A stretch of DNA of 64,000 nucleotides from Myxococcota bacterium (lineage in GTDB: Bacteria; Myxococcota_A; Polyangia; Polyangiales; Houyiibacteriaceae): contig JBCCHE010000024.1 in the NCBI GenBank assembly GCA_039028875.1, positions 3,851 to 67,850 on the forward strand. Reading direction: 5' to 3'. A program made the position numbers and the translations under genes. Positions 47,353 through 58,200 of the stretch are shown piece after piece. A model generated the notes under the pieces. That model was given only the letters and a program-made list of their open reading frames with translations, was not told the origin of the DNA and did not search any database. Within the stretch, counting starts at the first letter, position 1. Every line of letters begins with the position of its first letter.

Positions 47353-48624
47353 CTAGAGCAACATGTTCAGCGGCGCCTCGATGATACTCTTGAGTGCGGC
47401 AAGATACTTGGCGCCAAGTGCTCCATCGACGACGCGATGATCACAACTCATCGTGAAACGCATGCGCGTTCCGGGAACGATCTCTCCATCGCGGACGATC
47501 GGCTCGTGGCGGATTGTGCCTACGGCAAGAATGGCCGACTCGGGCGGATTGATGACCGCCGTGAACTCTTCGATCCCGAACATTCCGAGGTTGGAGATCG
47601 AAAACGTCCCGTTGGTCATCTCCTCGACGCCGAGCTTGCGATCTCGGGCGCGGCTCGCAAGGTCGCGAACCTCTTCGGCGATCTCGGCGACACCCTTCCG
47701 ATCGGCGTCGCGAACCACCGGTGTCATCAACCCGTCATCAACCGCGACCGCGACTGAAATATCGACGACGCGATGGTAATGGATTTCCTTGTCCATCCAT
47801 GACGCGTTGACCTCGGGAACACGTCGCAGCGCAACCGCGACCGCTTTGATGATGAGGTCGTTCAGTGAGACCTTCTTACCTTCGGCCTCTAGCGCCGCGT
47901 TCATCGCGCGCCTCGCAGCCGACAGAGGCTCGATGTCGGTGTCGATCGTGAGGTAGTAGTGGGGAATCGTTTGCTTGGACTCGGTAAGCCTGCGCGCGAT
48001 CGTTCGCCGCATGCTGCTCGCTTGCCGCACGTCGGGCCCGGGCCGCTCTCCGGGCGCCGCCGCCCCCGAGACCGCAGACCTTGGGGTGTAGGAGTCGAGG
48101 TCTCGCTTGATGATTCGGCCGTGCGGTCCGGTGCCCTCGACGGATCGAAGGTCGATGCTGCGTTCCCTCGCCAAACGGCGGACGAGTGGAGACGAGATGA
48201 CGCGGTCACTCGAAGGGGCCAAGGCCGCTGGAGGCGCGCTCGGTTCGGACACGGGGGTAGAAGCCGCCGCGTCACCCGGGTCCTGCGCCGGCGAAGGAGC
48301 GACCTCGGCGGCCGCAGGCTCTTCGGGGGTGGGAGCCGCTTGGGCGCCCGCTTCGACTTCGGCAATCAGGGCGCTGATGTCCTCGCCCTCTTTGCCGATG
48401 ATGGCGACTGGGACTTCGGCCTCGAGGGTCACCCCCTCCTCGACGAGGATCTTCAGGAGGACTCCTTTGTCAAACGAGCGGAACTCCATCGTCGCCTTGT
48501 CGGTCTCGACTTCGGCCAGGAGGTCATCGACGTCGACCGCGTCCCCTTCCTTCTTGGCCCAGGAGACGAGCGTGCCCTCTTCCATCGTGGGTGAGAGCTT
48601 CGGTAGTCCGATGATCTTCGCCAT
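47353..48624 (-). CDS. pdhC: Pyruvate dehydrogenase E2 (dihydrolipoamide acetyltransferase)
   Basis: LSPTMEEG, EVETDKATME lipoyl site, SPLVRRLA PSBD, DHRVVDG. Confidence 0.95.
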   Translation of the reverse strand: MAKIIGLPKLSPTMEEGTLVSWAKKEGDAVDVDDLLAEVETDKATMEFRSFDKGVLLKILVEEGVTLEAEVPVAIIGKEGEDISALIAEVEAGAQAAPTPEEPAAAEVAPSPAQDPGDAAASTPVSEPSAPPAALAPSSDRVISSPLVRRLARERSIDLRSVEGTGPHGRIIKRDLDSYTPRSAVSGAAAPGERPGPDVRQASSMRRTIARRLTESKQTIPHYYLTIDTDIEPLSAARRAMNAALEAEGKKVSLNDLIIKAVAVALRRVPEVNASWMDKEIHYHRVVDISVAVAVDDGLMTPVVRDADRKGVAEIAEEVRDLASRARDRKLGVEEMTNGTFSISNLGMFGIEEFTAVINPPESAILAVGTIRHEPIVRDGEIVPGTRMRFTMSCDHRVVDGALGAKYLAALKSIIEAPLNMLL

Positions 48625-48626
48625 AT

Positions 48627-49613
48627 CTACTTCGCGTAACTGACGCGCTTGACCGCGTCGATAACCCGCTCCTCGGTGGGGAGCACATGCTCTTCTAGAT
48701 TAAGGGCGTAGGGCATCGGAACATCGAGCCCGGACACCCGTTCGACAGGCGCATCGAGATGATCGAACGCGCGGCGCTGTACTTGGTCGACGATCTCGGC
48801 ACCGGGCCCTCCGTAGGGCCAGTGTTCATGCACGACCACGCAGCGGTTGGTTTTGACTACACTTGCAATGACGGGTTCGAGGTCTAGCGGACGGAGGGTC
48901 CGTGGGTCGATGATCTCGCATTCGATCCCATCCTTGGCGAGCGCATCGGCTGCGGCCATTGCAACGTGGTACGGCCTGCCCCACGTGACGATCGTGCAAT
49001 CACTGCCGACCCGCGCAACCTTGCTCACGCCGAACGGGATCAGTTCTTCGACGCCTTCGTCGGGCACTTCGCCCTTGAGACCGTAGAGGGTCTCGCCCTC
49101 GAGGAACACAACAGGGTTGTTGCTTCGAATCGCCGTCTTGAGCAGACCCTTGGCGTCGCGTGGCGTGCTCGGCTGGCACACGTAGAGCCCGGGGACGCCC
49201 GCGTAAAAGGGCGCCACCGCATGGCTGTGTTGGGAGGCAACCTGCCGCGCGGCGCCGTTCGGGCCGCGAAACACGATCGGGACCCGTAGCGCACCGGCGC
49301 TCATCTGGTGGATCTTGGCTGCGTTGCTGATGATCTGGTCGAAGGCGACGAACGAAAAGTTCCACGTCATGAACTCGATGATCGGCCGGAGACCAACCAT
49401 CGCCGCGCCGATTCCGACACCCGCAAAGCCTGCCTCGGCGATTGGGGTGTCGATGACCCGGCGCTCGCCGAACCTGTCGAGGAGCCCCTCGGAGACTTTG
49501 TACGCACCCTGGTAGTGCCCAACCTCCTCGCCCATCAGGAACACGGTCTCGTCGCGATCCATCTCTTCGAGCATGGCCTCGCGGAGCGCTTCTCGATAGC
49601 GAATCTCTCTCAT
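48627..49613 (-). CDS. pdhB: Pyruvate dehydrogenase E1 beta
   Basis: GEEVG.YQGAYK, DTPIAE, EFMTWNF, FRGPNG...QHS. Confidence 0.95.
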   Translation of the reverse strand: MREIRYREALREAMLEEMDRDETVFLMGEEVGHYQGAYKVSEGLLDRFGERRVIDTPIAEAGFAGVGIGAAMVGLRPIIEFMTWNFSFVAFDQIISNAAKIHQMSAGALRVPIVFRGPNGAARQVASQHSHAVAPFYAGVPGLYVCQPSTPRDAKGLLKTAIRSNNPVVFLEGETLYGLKGEVPDEGVEELIPFGVSKVARVGSDCTIVTWGRPYHVAMAAADALAKDGIECEIIDPRTLRPLDLEPVIASVVKTNRCVVVHEHWPYGGPGAEIVDQVQRRAFDHLDAPVERVSGLDVPMPYALNLEEHVLPTEERVIDAVKRVSYAK

Positions 49614-50626
49614 GCGTCGTCCTCCGGCGCATAGACCGTCCCCATCATAACCTCTTCGCGGGCGGGCTCGGCCTCCTCGGCAAACTTGACCGCGGCATCG
49701 ATCAGTTCGTCCACCTCGAGGTCGAGGTCATCGAGTTGGCTCTCCTCGACCCCGAGTTCGATCAGGTGCGCATGGGTGACCTGAAGCGGGTCGAGCTGCT
49801 TCTTCTGCTCGAGTTCGGTGCGGGTTCGATACTTGGCCGGGTCGCTCATGGAGTGCCCGCGGAAACGGTAGGTGAGAATCTCGACGAACGTAGGGCCGTC
49901 GCCACGACGGGCCCGATCGACGGCTTCGCCAAGGCGTTCTTCGATGAGTGTCACGTCGTGACCCTCGAACCGGTCGCCCACCATGGCGTAGCCCTTGGCT
50001 TTGATCGAGAGGTCGTCGAGCGCGCTGGTTCGTTCGAGTGGGGTCCCCATGGCGTACTGATTGTTCTCGCACACGAACACGATGGGAAGCTTCCACAAAC
50101 CGGCGAGGCTCATCGCTTCGTGGAAGCCGCCGATGTTCGTCGACCCTTCGCCAAAGAAGCAAATCGTGACGCGGTCCTCTTGGTTGTACTTGGCCTTGAA
50201 CGCGGTTCCCGCGGCGAGCGCCAGGTGGCCGCCGACAATCGCCCAACCCCCAAGAAAGTTTCGCTCGACGTCGAACATGTGCATCGAGCCACCCATGCCG
50301 CGTGAGCAACCGGCGTCCTTGCCAAAGAGCTCCGCCATCGCCGCCTCGGGCGCCATTCCGCGCGCGAGCGCGATGCCATGGTCTCGGTAGGTCTGAAAGA
50401 TGTAGTCTTGCGGCTGAAGGGCGTCGATCGCGCCGACGGCAATCGCCTCCTGCCCGATGTACAAATGGAGGAAGCCCCCGATGTGACCCTTTGCGTAGTT
50501 CCGCGCCGCCTCCTCTTCGAAGCGACGTATGATCCGCATGGACCGATACTGCTTGAGTAGGTGGTCCTTGTCCGGCACAGGTTTCCCCACGGGGGCTAGC
50601 TTACAGGAACCCCTTTCGGGTGCCAT
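49610..50626 (-). CDS. pdhA: Pyruvate dehydrogenase E1 alpha
   Basis: GFLHLYIGQEA, YRDH, GGSMHM, GEG...ENN TPP motif, YRFRGHSMSDP; start may be GTG 50590. Confidence 0.95.
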   Translation of the reverse strand: MAPERGSCKLAPVGKPVPDKDHLLKQYRSMRIIRRFEEEAARNYAKGHIGGFLHLYIGQEAIAVGAIDALQPQDYIFQTYRDHGIALARGMAPEAAMAELFGKDAGCSRGMGGSMHMFDVERNFLGGWAIVGGHLALAAGTAFKAKYNQEDRVTICFFGEGSTNIGGFHEAMSLAGLWKLPIVFVCENNQYAMGTPLERTSALDDLSIKAKGYAMVGDRFEGHDVTLIEERLGEAVDRARRGDGPTFVEILTYRFRGHSMSDPAKYRTRTELEQKKQLDPLQVTHAHLIELGVEESQLDDLDLEVDELIDAAVKFAEEAEPAREEVMMGTVYAPEDDA

Positions 50627-53600
50627 CAGAAGAAGTTGCTGATCCCGTAGGCCGTCTGGAGCTCGATGAGGTACTCGAGGAAGGACTCGCCGCGCTGAAG
50701 CTCCTGCTGCTTGTCGAAGACGCCGGGCTCTCCAGGCGCTGAGCTTTCCAGCTCGTCTTGAAGGTCGACCAGGCGCTTGAGGAGCTGGAACCCCACCTGC
50801 TCCTCCTCCAGGTTCAGTTCGAGGTTGGGCCGGATCTTCACCGCCACGTACGGCGTTCGAAACCGGGTCGACTCGAAGACGACGTAATCGGCATCCTCGG
50901 CGTCATCGCAGCCGTTCGGGATGTCCGGATCGACGACGAAGTGGCCTGCGCCAAGCCCGTCGCTCCCGTAGACACAAGTCGGCGAGCCATCGGGTTGAAT
51001 GTCGGGAATGCTGAACCCCGAACCACTGCCCGCTTTGAACACAAGCAGACGCTGCTCGAAGCTGGTGTCGTAGTAAACGGGGAACTGGGCGAGCGCGAGA
51101 ATCGCGGCCCAGCTTCGGAGTACTTCGTTGGTGGTGCCCTCGATGGAGGCGCCAGGATACACCTGGCGCTGGCTACCCCGGCAGGGAACGACCGTGTCGT
51201 CCTCGAAGCACTCGCCGAGGGCGGTGCCGCGATACCAGCTCATGTGCTGGACGACGGGCTCCCCGTTCTCCATACGGAGCCTTGGAGCGAACCACGACTC
51301 GTCTTGCAGAATGACCCCGCCAAAGAACTCGGTCATCTCGGTCTGAAAGAGGTCGTAGAAGTTGATGAAGTAGCGTTCGTCAACCGTGAAGCTGAGCCCC
51401 CAGTCTCGGATCGCCAAAGCACGCAACGCGTAGAACTTGTCGAAGAACACACCGCTTCGTTCGGGGCGGAAGAACCCGAAGTAGCCGTCCTGGTACTTGG
51501 TCCACATTCCGAACCCCTGCCCAGGCAAGAGACTCAAGTCGGAGCCGGGAAGATCGATCTGTTCCCCCATGAACCGATAACGATTCTCGGTCGGGTCGAA
51601 CGCGTACGAACCCTCGTCGGGAAGATTCACGATCTCGATGAACCAGTTCATCGCATCGACCGAGGCGAGGAACTGGTCGTCGAACCCGAGGGGCCCAGTG
51701 TTCAGGGCGAAGCCGGGTTCGAAGTTCAGGCGGAAGAACAAATGCTGGTAGATCTTCGCTGCGTCCGACACCATTCGTTGCGAAGTCCCACCCCGGGCGC
51801 CGCCTCGCAGAAACCGTCGGTAGTAGTTACTCGGATAGAGCTCCTCCCAAGACCTCCGATAGTGGTCGATGACTTCTCGGAAACTCTCTCCAGCGTCAAA
51901 CCGCGTGCACCAAGAGATGTCGTTGGTGCGTTCGTCTGGGCAGAACAGGTACCGAACCGGTGCGAAGTTTCGGTCGGCGCCCGCTTCGGGATACGCGGCG
52001 AGGTCGGAGTAGTCTTTGACGTCCTCGTCGAAGTTGGAGCAGACACAATCACTTTGCCCCGAACAACCTTGTTGGGGAAACACGTTCCGGGGGTTCTGGA
52101 CGCAACGCTGGTAGACCGGTTGGCTGGCGGGGATGGCGCCAGACTCACGTGCATAGGGGCATTCGGCGTCGGCTCCGCAGCTCTCGCCCCCGAGGTACGA
52201 CTGCCACCACGTGCGGCCTACGGTGTGAGAACGCTTCAGACCCTGAAACGGCCCGTTGTCGTCGGTCTCGACGTCGCGCTCGGAGGCGGTGTAGACCTCT
52301 TTCTGATCGAAGTGGTTCCAGATGGTCGCCGCGACGTCGTAACGGCCAAGGCCCTGGGAGTCCGACATGTCGCCGGAATAGTCCATCGTCGAGCTCGACA
52401 TGTAGTTGTGCGCTCCGAGCCTGGCGCGTTGGTTGCGGGTCTCTCGAAGCGCCTCGAGGTACTGATCGAACTCAGACCCAGCAACGAAGTCGTCGTCGTC
52501 GAGGTCGTAGTCCTCCATTCTCGGAAGTGGGAGCTCCGATTCGCTGACCGAAGCCTCGCCGAACACCAGGTTGAAGTAGCCGTTGCCGTAGTTGTCGCGA
52601 TCGAGGCTCGCGCCGAAGTTGTGTCGGAGACCCACCGAGTGACCCACCTCGTGGTACTGCACCTGTCGGGTGTAGAGCTGCTGCATTCGGATCGACGCCT
52701 CGGCGGGCGGACGTCCCCTGAATGCCTCGGCCCAGTACTCCATGTATCGCCGGCGAAAGAAGCTTTCGTTGCTGAAACAGATGTTGTGAGCCGAAAGCTC
52801 GTCGTCACCGGCATTGCCGGTTTGGAGTGAACGCACGAAGCCCGCGCCGCGAAAGGGAGACACTTGGTCGAGGACGGAGTCGTCGTAGATGCTGATGTCG
52901 GGGGTCAGTCCGAACACGTAGGATTGTCCGTGGTCGAAGTGCCGGGTAAGGGCCTCGTTGCCGTCGACACCGAGCGACCCCATCAGCTGCCGCTCGATCG
53001 ACGTGCCTTCGAGGCGTCGCATGCGGTCACTGAGGATTTGAGCGCGGCCCTCCGCGCCACGCAGACGCTCGATGCGGCCTTGTTTGCGTTCGATGACCTC
53101 TCGAAGGGCGCTGTTGACGTTGACCGGAAGGGCCGGACGGCTCGTGTCGTCGACGCTGAAGCCGTCAGACCCCGAAGCCGCGAGCCCGGCGGGGTGCTCC
53201 GTCCGGCCGAGGTTCGAAAAGTACTCGCGAAGGTTCTCTCCGCTCAGGTACCGCTCGGCTGCAGCCTCGTCCCCGGGGTCACACCCGAGCGCGTCGTTGG
53301 CGCACCGAAGGACTGGGAAGAACTCGAGTGCGATCGTGGCATGCCGTTCGACGCTACCGGCCGCAAAGTTTGCGTTGGCGGTGATGAGCTCGCCGGTTGT
53401 CGGGTCCGCAAGTGGCGTCGATACCCCGCCAAACGGCGTGTTGACCTGGTCGATGTAGTTGAAGAACTGATAGCGTAGGTCGCCGAGTTGCTGCCAGACC
53501 ACCGGCTCTCCGTCGGCGTCCAACACCCCTTCGCAGGCCTGGCCCGAGTCGGTGCGGTGCCAATCACAGGTATTGGTCCGAAGGACGAACATGCACTCTT

Positions 53601-55254
53601 CGCCGACGAACGCGTACCTGTAGGCCTGAGGCAGTGGGTAGTCATCAAAGGAAGTAGGCGACTCGGGCTCGGCGAACTCGGTATTCGAGACGTAGCAGTC
53701 GTAGGGGTTGGCGACCCCGCGATCGGCCCACGCGTCGGGAGCGACGAAAGGATCGTAGCGGCCTTGGCAAGTTCCTCCGACGTCGTCTGGCGACCCGCAG
53801 AAGCAGTAGCGTGTTGGATCGCTGGTCTGACAGTCAACGCGGGCCGAAGCGTAGTCTGGGAGCCCGACCCCGCGCGTCGCACGCCACCCGCGCATGAACA
53901 CTTCGTTCCAGTCGCCCATGACCTCCATGGCGGGGTGGACGAGATGCTTCGGGAACCCCTCGTTGAGGTAGAAGGCCACGGCGCCTGGCCCATCCGATAG
54001 TGCTCGCAGCGTTCGGTCACGCATGGGGATGGTACACACGCGAGCTCGCCGGTCGCACGCCGACCCGCCGATCCGACCACCCCCGTCGAATCGCCCGTCA
54101 CACTCCCAGTCGGCGCGACACGCTTGATCTGTCAGGGAGTCGACGAAGAAGTTGTGGCGAGGACGCAGGAAAGCCAACGCATCCGTTTCACCGAAGTCCT
54201 CGCCGAGGCCCCCTGCGCAGACACGGGTCTCCGGACTGCAGAAACCTCCAACACCGCAGTCCTCATCACGATCACAGCGCTGGGCGTTGTCCCGATCATT
54301 GGAGCCGATGTACGTACGTTGCTCGGTGCGGAACACGCCGAACGCATCGAACTCCTCGTGACTCTGCCTGGCAGCGGCATACTCGTGGCCCGGCGGGACC
54401 CGCAAGAAGGCCAACCTCGAAGGAACGGAAAGCGACTGGCAGGTTGCGCCACCCGTGGTGATGCAGAGCTCGCCGGGCGACATCGACGCGAAGGTGACGA
54501 AGCTCATGTAGTGCGTGGTGTCCTCCGAGCCTTCGGGCCAATCCGCGGCGAATCGGTAGCTCGGGTCCTCGCCCACCGTGACGAACTGAGGCTCCCAAGA
54601 CCTTGGGAAATCGCACGCCTCGTCCCCGGCTCCCCCGGTGCAGTGCGAGCTTCCGTCCTGAATGAAAAAGGTGCCGGGCTCCATGGTCCATCCACCGAGC
54701 GCCGCGAGCTCGGCTGGGAAGAAGAACGACTTGACTTGATTCTCCGACCAGTCGACACGCATGAACTCCCGCTCGAACCAACGGCGGTCTTCGGTGTTCT
54801 CCTCGATGACGTTGCGGGTCTCCCCAGTGACCTCGTTGTACTGCGGCCGGACGTCGACGTGGTCGATGATCTCGAACGCTGCGAGGGGTTGGCCTCGGAA
54901 GTTCTCGTCGTTGCCATCGGGGTTCGACCCGGCGACCAGCTCATACGAGCGAAACGCAAACAAGAAGTCCTCGTCGATCACCCACCGGATCCGGCCGAGC
55001 GACCCCGATTCGCCGGCGTCGAGGCTGAGGTCCCAACCGGTATCTCCAGTCCAAGTGACGCCGGTCGCCTCCGCGTTCGCATCGATGACGGTTTGCGTGA
55101 CCCACCACTCGCCTTCGAACATGTCTTTGTCGACGAGATTGGGCTGTACGCGGTTGGCGGTCGCCGCACCGTTCGTGCAGCCCATGGCGGCGATCGCAAG
55201 CCCCGCAAGAAGGAGAGCGAAACGAACGTTCAACGTGCAGCGACCCAACATCAT
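50626..55254 (-). CDS. Giant zinc-dependent metalloprotease (metzincin) lipoprotein, paralog 2
   Basis: Lipobox AAMGC; HEVGHSVGLRHN (HExxHxxGxxH) near 52618-52653; Met-turn SSTMDY; Cys-rich inserts. Confidence 0.85.
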   Translation of the reverse strand: MMLGRCTLNVRFALLLAGLAIAAMGCTNGAATANRVQPNLVDKDMFEGEWWVTQTVIDANAEATGVTWTGDTGWDLSLDAGESGSLGRIRWVIDEDFLFAFRSYELVAGSNPDGNDENFRGQPLAAFEIIDHVDVRPQYNEVTGETRNVIEENTEDRRWFEREFMRVDWSENQVKSFFFPAELAALGGWTMEPGTFFIQDGSSHCTGGAGDEACDFPRSWEPQFVTVGEDPSYRFAADWPEGSEDTTHYMSFVTFASMSPGELCITTGGATCQSLSVPSRLAFLRVPPGHEYAAARQSHEEFDAFGVFRTEQRTYIGSNDRDNAQRCDRDEDCGVGGFCSPETRVCAGGLGEDFGETDALAFLRPRHNFFVDSLTDQACRADWECDGRFDGGGRIGGSACDRRARVCTIPMRDRTLRALSDGPGAVAFYLNEGFPKHLVHPAMEVMGDWNEVFMRGWRATRGVGLPDYASARVDCQTSDPTRYCFCGSPDDVGGTCQGRYDPFVAPDAWADRGVANPYDCYVSNTEFAEPESPTSFDDYPLPQAYRYAFVGEECMFVLRTNTCDWHRTDSGQACEGVLDADGEPVVWQQLGDLRYQFFNYIDQVNTPFGGVSTPLADPTTGELITANANFAAGSVERHATIALEFFPVLRCANDALGCDPGDEAAAERYLSGENLREYFSNLGRTEHPAGLAASGSDGFSVDDTSRPALPVNVNSALREVIERKQGRIERLRGAEGRAQILSDRMRRLEGTSIERQLMGSLGVDGNEALTRHFDHGQSYVFGLTPDISIYDDSVLDQVSPFRGAGFVRSLQTGNAGDDELSAHNICFSNESFFRRRYMEYWAEAFRGRPPAEASIRMQQLYTRQVQYHEVGHSVGLRHNFGASLDRDNYGNGYFNLVFGEASVSESELPLPRMEDYDLDDDDFVAGSEFDQYLEALRETRNQRARLGAHNYMSSSTMDYSGDMSDSQGLGRYDVAATIWNHFDQKEVYTASERDVETDDNGPFQGLKRSHTVGRTWWQSYLGGESCGADAECPYARESGAIPASQPVYQRCVQNPRNVFPQQGCSGQSDCVCSNFDEDVKDYSDLAAYPEAGADRNFAPVRYLFCPDERTNDISWCTRFDAGESFREVIDHYRRSWEELYPSNYYRRFLRGGARGGTSQRMVSDAAKIYQHLFFRLNFEPGFALNTGPLGFDDQFLASVDAMNWFIEIVNLPDEGSYAFDPTENRYRFMGEQIDLPGSDLSLLPGQGFGMWTKYQDGYFGFFRPERSGVFFDKFYALRALAIRDWGLSFTVDERYFINFYDLFQTEMTEFFGGVILQDESWFAPRLRMENGEPVVQHMSWYRGTALGECFEDDTVVPCRGSQRQVYPGASIEGTTNEVLRSWAAILALAQFPVYYDTSFEQRLLVFKAGSGSGFSIPDIQPDGSPTCVYGSDGLGAGHFVVDPDIPNGCDDAEDADYVVFESTRFRTPYVAVKIRPNLELNLEEEQVGFQLLKRLVDLQDELESSAPGEPGVFDKQQELQRGESFLEYLIELQTAYGISNFF

Positions 55255-58200
55255 CAGAACCCCAGGTATCCCGCGATCCCGAGCTGCCGCTGGAGGTCGA
55301 TGAGCTGGAAGAAGAAAGACTCGAGATCGCGCTGGCGTCGATCGAGGGCGTTCAGATCCGAAGAGGCTTCGTCGGTATCGGCCGGAATGCGATAGTCGAG
55401 GTCCGTGAGGCGATCGAGATCCTCTTGCGGGACCACCTCCCCGTCGGCGATCCGTTCGAGGATCCCGACCGCGACGGCGTTCTCGGACGCCTCTTTGACC
55501 ATGTTGAACCCAATCGACTGCTGGTTCGGTACCGCCTGCACGGGCTCGATCTGGAAAGCCAAGAAGGTCTTTCCAAACCTGCTCGAGCTGTGCCTAACGA
55601 AGTCCTCGCCTTCGACCGAACCGTCACTCGGGGCGAAACAGTCACCTTCGCCTTCGACGCAGATGAACAGCTGATTCTGAAACGTCGTGTCGAAGAACGT
55701 CGGAAAATCGAACAGGGCGAAGGTGGCGGCCAAGTACTGGAGTAGGACCGAGCTTCCCCCATCGACGACATCCAGATCCGCGTACGTCTCGGTTACAGGG
55801 TCTGGCCGACAAGTCTCGGGCACGGAGCAGTCACCGCGATAAAAGTCCATGTAGATGACGCGCGGATCCGCGCAAGACCCGGCCGGACCCGGCAGGTCGC
55901 ATGAAATGCGGGGCGAGATCGACTCGGGCTGGTCCTGGATCATCCCTTGGAAGATCTGCTGCATCTCGATGGGGAAGAGATCGTTGTAGTTGACCCAAAA
56001 AGGAACGTCGCGTGTGTAGTCGAGCGCGAAGCCTCGGTCGGTGAGCATCTGAAGCGCGATCCATTTGTCGTAGAACGACCCGATTCGTTCGATCCGTGTG
56101 ATGCCCGTGAGCCCGCGTTGGTAGGTCGATGAGAAGTACCGGCCGAGGCCAATGGAAAGGTCGAGTTCGGATCCTGGAAGGCCAGGGATGGGGCTGGCGC
56201 GGCGGAAGTTGCCGGACACGGGGTCGAACAGATACGAGCCGATGTCGGGTTGGCCGAGGACACGCGCATAGAAATTGAGCACGTCGGCACTCGCCATGAA
56301 CTGGTCGTAGAAGCCGAAACTGCCTTCGTCGTCACGGAACTCGGAGTCCGTCTGGTAGCGGTAGATCAGGTTCCGAAAGATCGCTTGTAAGATCGAGTAC
56401 TGGCGACCCACCAGGCGGTTCGAGATGTAGTCGCCGATGCTGAAGTCGCTCTGGTACCGTCGGAAGTTGGTGAAGATGTACTGCCGCTCGTACTGTTCGG
56501 CGACGTTGCGAACGACTTCACGAAAGCTGTCGCCTTCATCGAAGCGGTGGCACCAGCCCAGGGTCCCAACGCGCTCATCAGAACAGAAGCGGTAGTTGAC
56601 CGGAAGAAACGGAGCACGTGGGTTCGCGATCGCAAGGTTGGCGGCGTCGTCATCGAAGTTCGAGCAGAGACTTCCGTGCGTCGCCGCACCTTGCGGGTGC
56701 GGAACGCAGGACTGTGTGAGGCTCGCATCGAGATTGACCTGCGTTAGCTCCGAACGCTGGGCCCCATCGGATGCAAAGGGGCAGTCCGAATCGGTGCTGC
56801 AGACTTCGCCCCCGTGGTAGTACTTGGCCCAGACCCGCGTCGACGTGGTTGGATCGACATCCTGGATGTCGAGGCCTTCGGGGTTTTGGTAGAGCTCGAC
56901 CAAGTCACCGTACCCGTAACTCACCGCTGCGACATCGTAGCGGCCGGCCTCAGTGGTGGTGCGGCCGTACCACTGTGCGATGTACTCCATGACCGACGAG
57001 TCCATGTGGGCGTCAATGCCGGCAAGCTCGCGTTTCTCGCGAACGAGGTCGAGGGCTCGCTCGAACGCGAGCTGCTCATCGGTGTTCAACCCGGCCACGC
57101 CGTCGTCGTCGTAGTCATCGGGGTCGGGAAGCGGCAAGCGCCGGGTGATCTGGTAGTACTCGTCGTCGTAGTTCTCGGTGTCGGCGGAGGCGCCAAAGTC
57201 GTGGCGGAGCCCAAGGCAGTGCCCGAGCTCATGGAGCTGCGTGTGGAAGTAAAGGAGCTGGTTGAGCGCGATCTCGACGCGGGCGCGCGGCCAGTCCCTG
57301 TGCTGATTGACGAAGAAGAGAACAGAGTTGTCGACGTACTCGTTCGGCATCATCACGTTGTTCCGAGATGCCGCGGTTTCGAGGTCTGCGAAGTGCCGCA
57401 TCTGTTCGTGCAGGGGCTTTCGGAACGGCGATACTTCGTTCAGAACCGAATCGTCGATATCGGAGGGCCCGTAGCCCTCGGGTATCTTCTCGACCCCGGC
57501 GAGCATCAGCGTCTCGAAGCTCTGCATGACGCGATACTCGATGTCACTTCCGACGAGCTCGGCGCGTCGATCGATGTATGTAGCGGCACGCCCCTCGGGC
57601 CCGGAGAGCGCCTCGGCGCGCGCCGTGAACGCCGCCATGCGGTTGTCGATGGCATCGACATCGATGGGTAAGGCGCTTCCATGCGCGAGCCCGACGTTGA
57701 AATCGATTCGCGGTCGCGCGGGAAGCTGCACTCGGTCGATGTTCTCTAGGTAGAGACGCACATCCTCGCCGGTGAGGAACTCTTCGTCGGTGAGGTCCCC
57801 GTTGACCAGGTCGTACATTTGAAGGGCGGTCGTCCGGTAGGCGTCGAGTGCGGGGCCGCCGATATTGGCGTCTCCCACGAGGATCTCGCCGGTTACCGGA
57901 TCACCGCGAAGGGTGGCGATGCCCAAGAAGCCGGTCCCGGGCTGGTCGACGTAGCTGAGGAACTTGAACCGCGAATCGCCCCGTTCCTGGCAAGCGAGGC
58001 CGTCCGTGGTGCCGCCATTGCTTGCGATGCTGTCTTTGTTGCAAGTGTTGATGCGGAGCTGAAGGACGCACTCGTCGCCCACCTGTGAGGCGCTGAACCA
58101 GCCATAGAAATCTTCGTCGCTCAGATCCGGTTGATTCAGGTCCGGCTGCGCCCCGTCCGGCACGCTGATGTAGCAATCGTAGGGGTTCTCGACGCCTCGG

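Noticed and set aside
50758-52830. 690 aa plus-strand ORF and similar long antisense ORFs (4290-5609, 6508-7752, 15160-16452, 16597-18015, 54124-55395)
   Set aside because: Antisense shadows of recognisable genes caused by GC3 bias; no motifs
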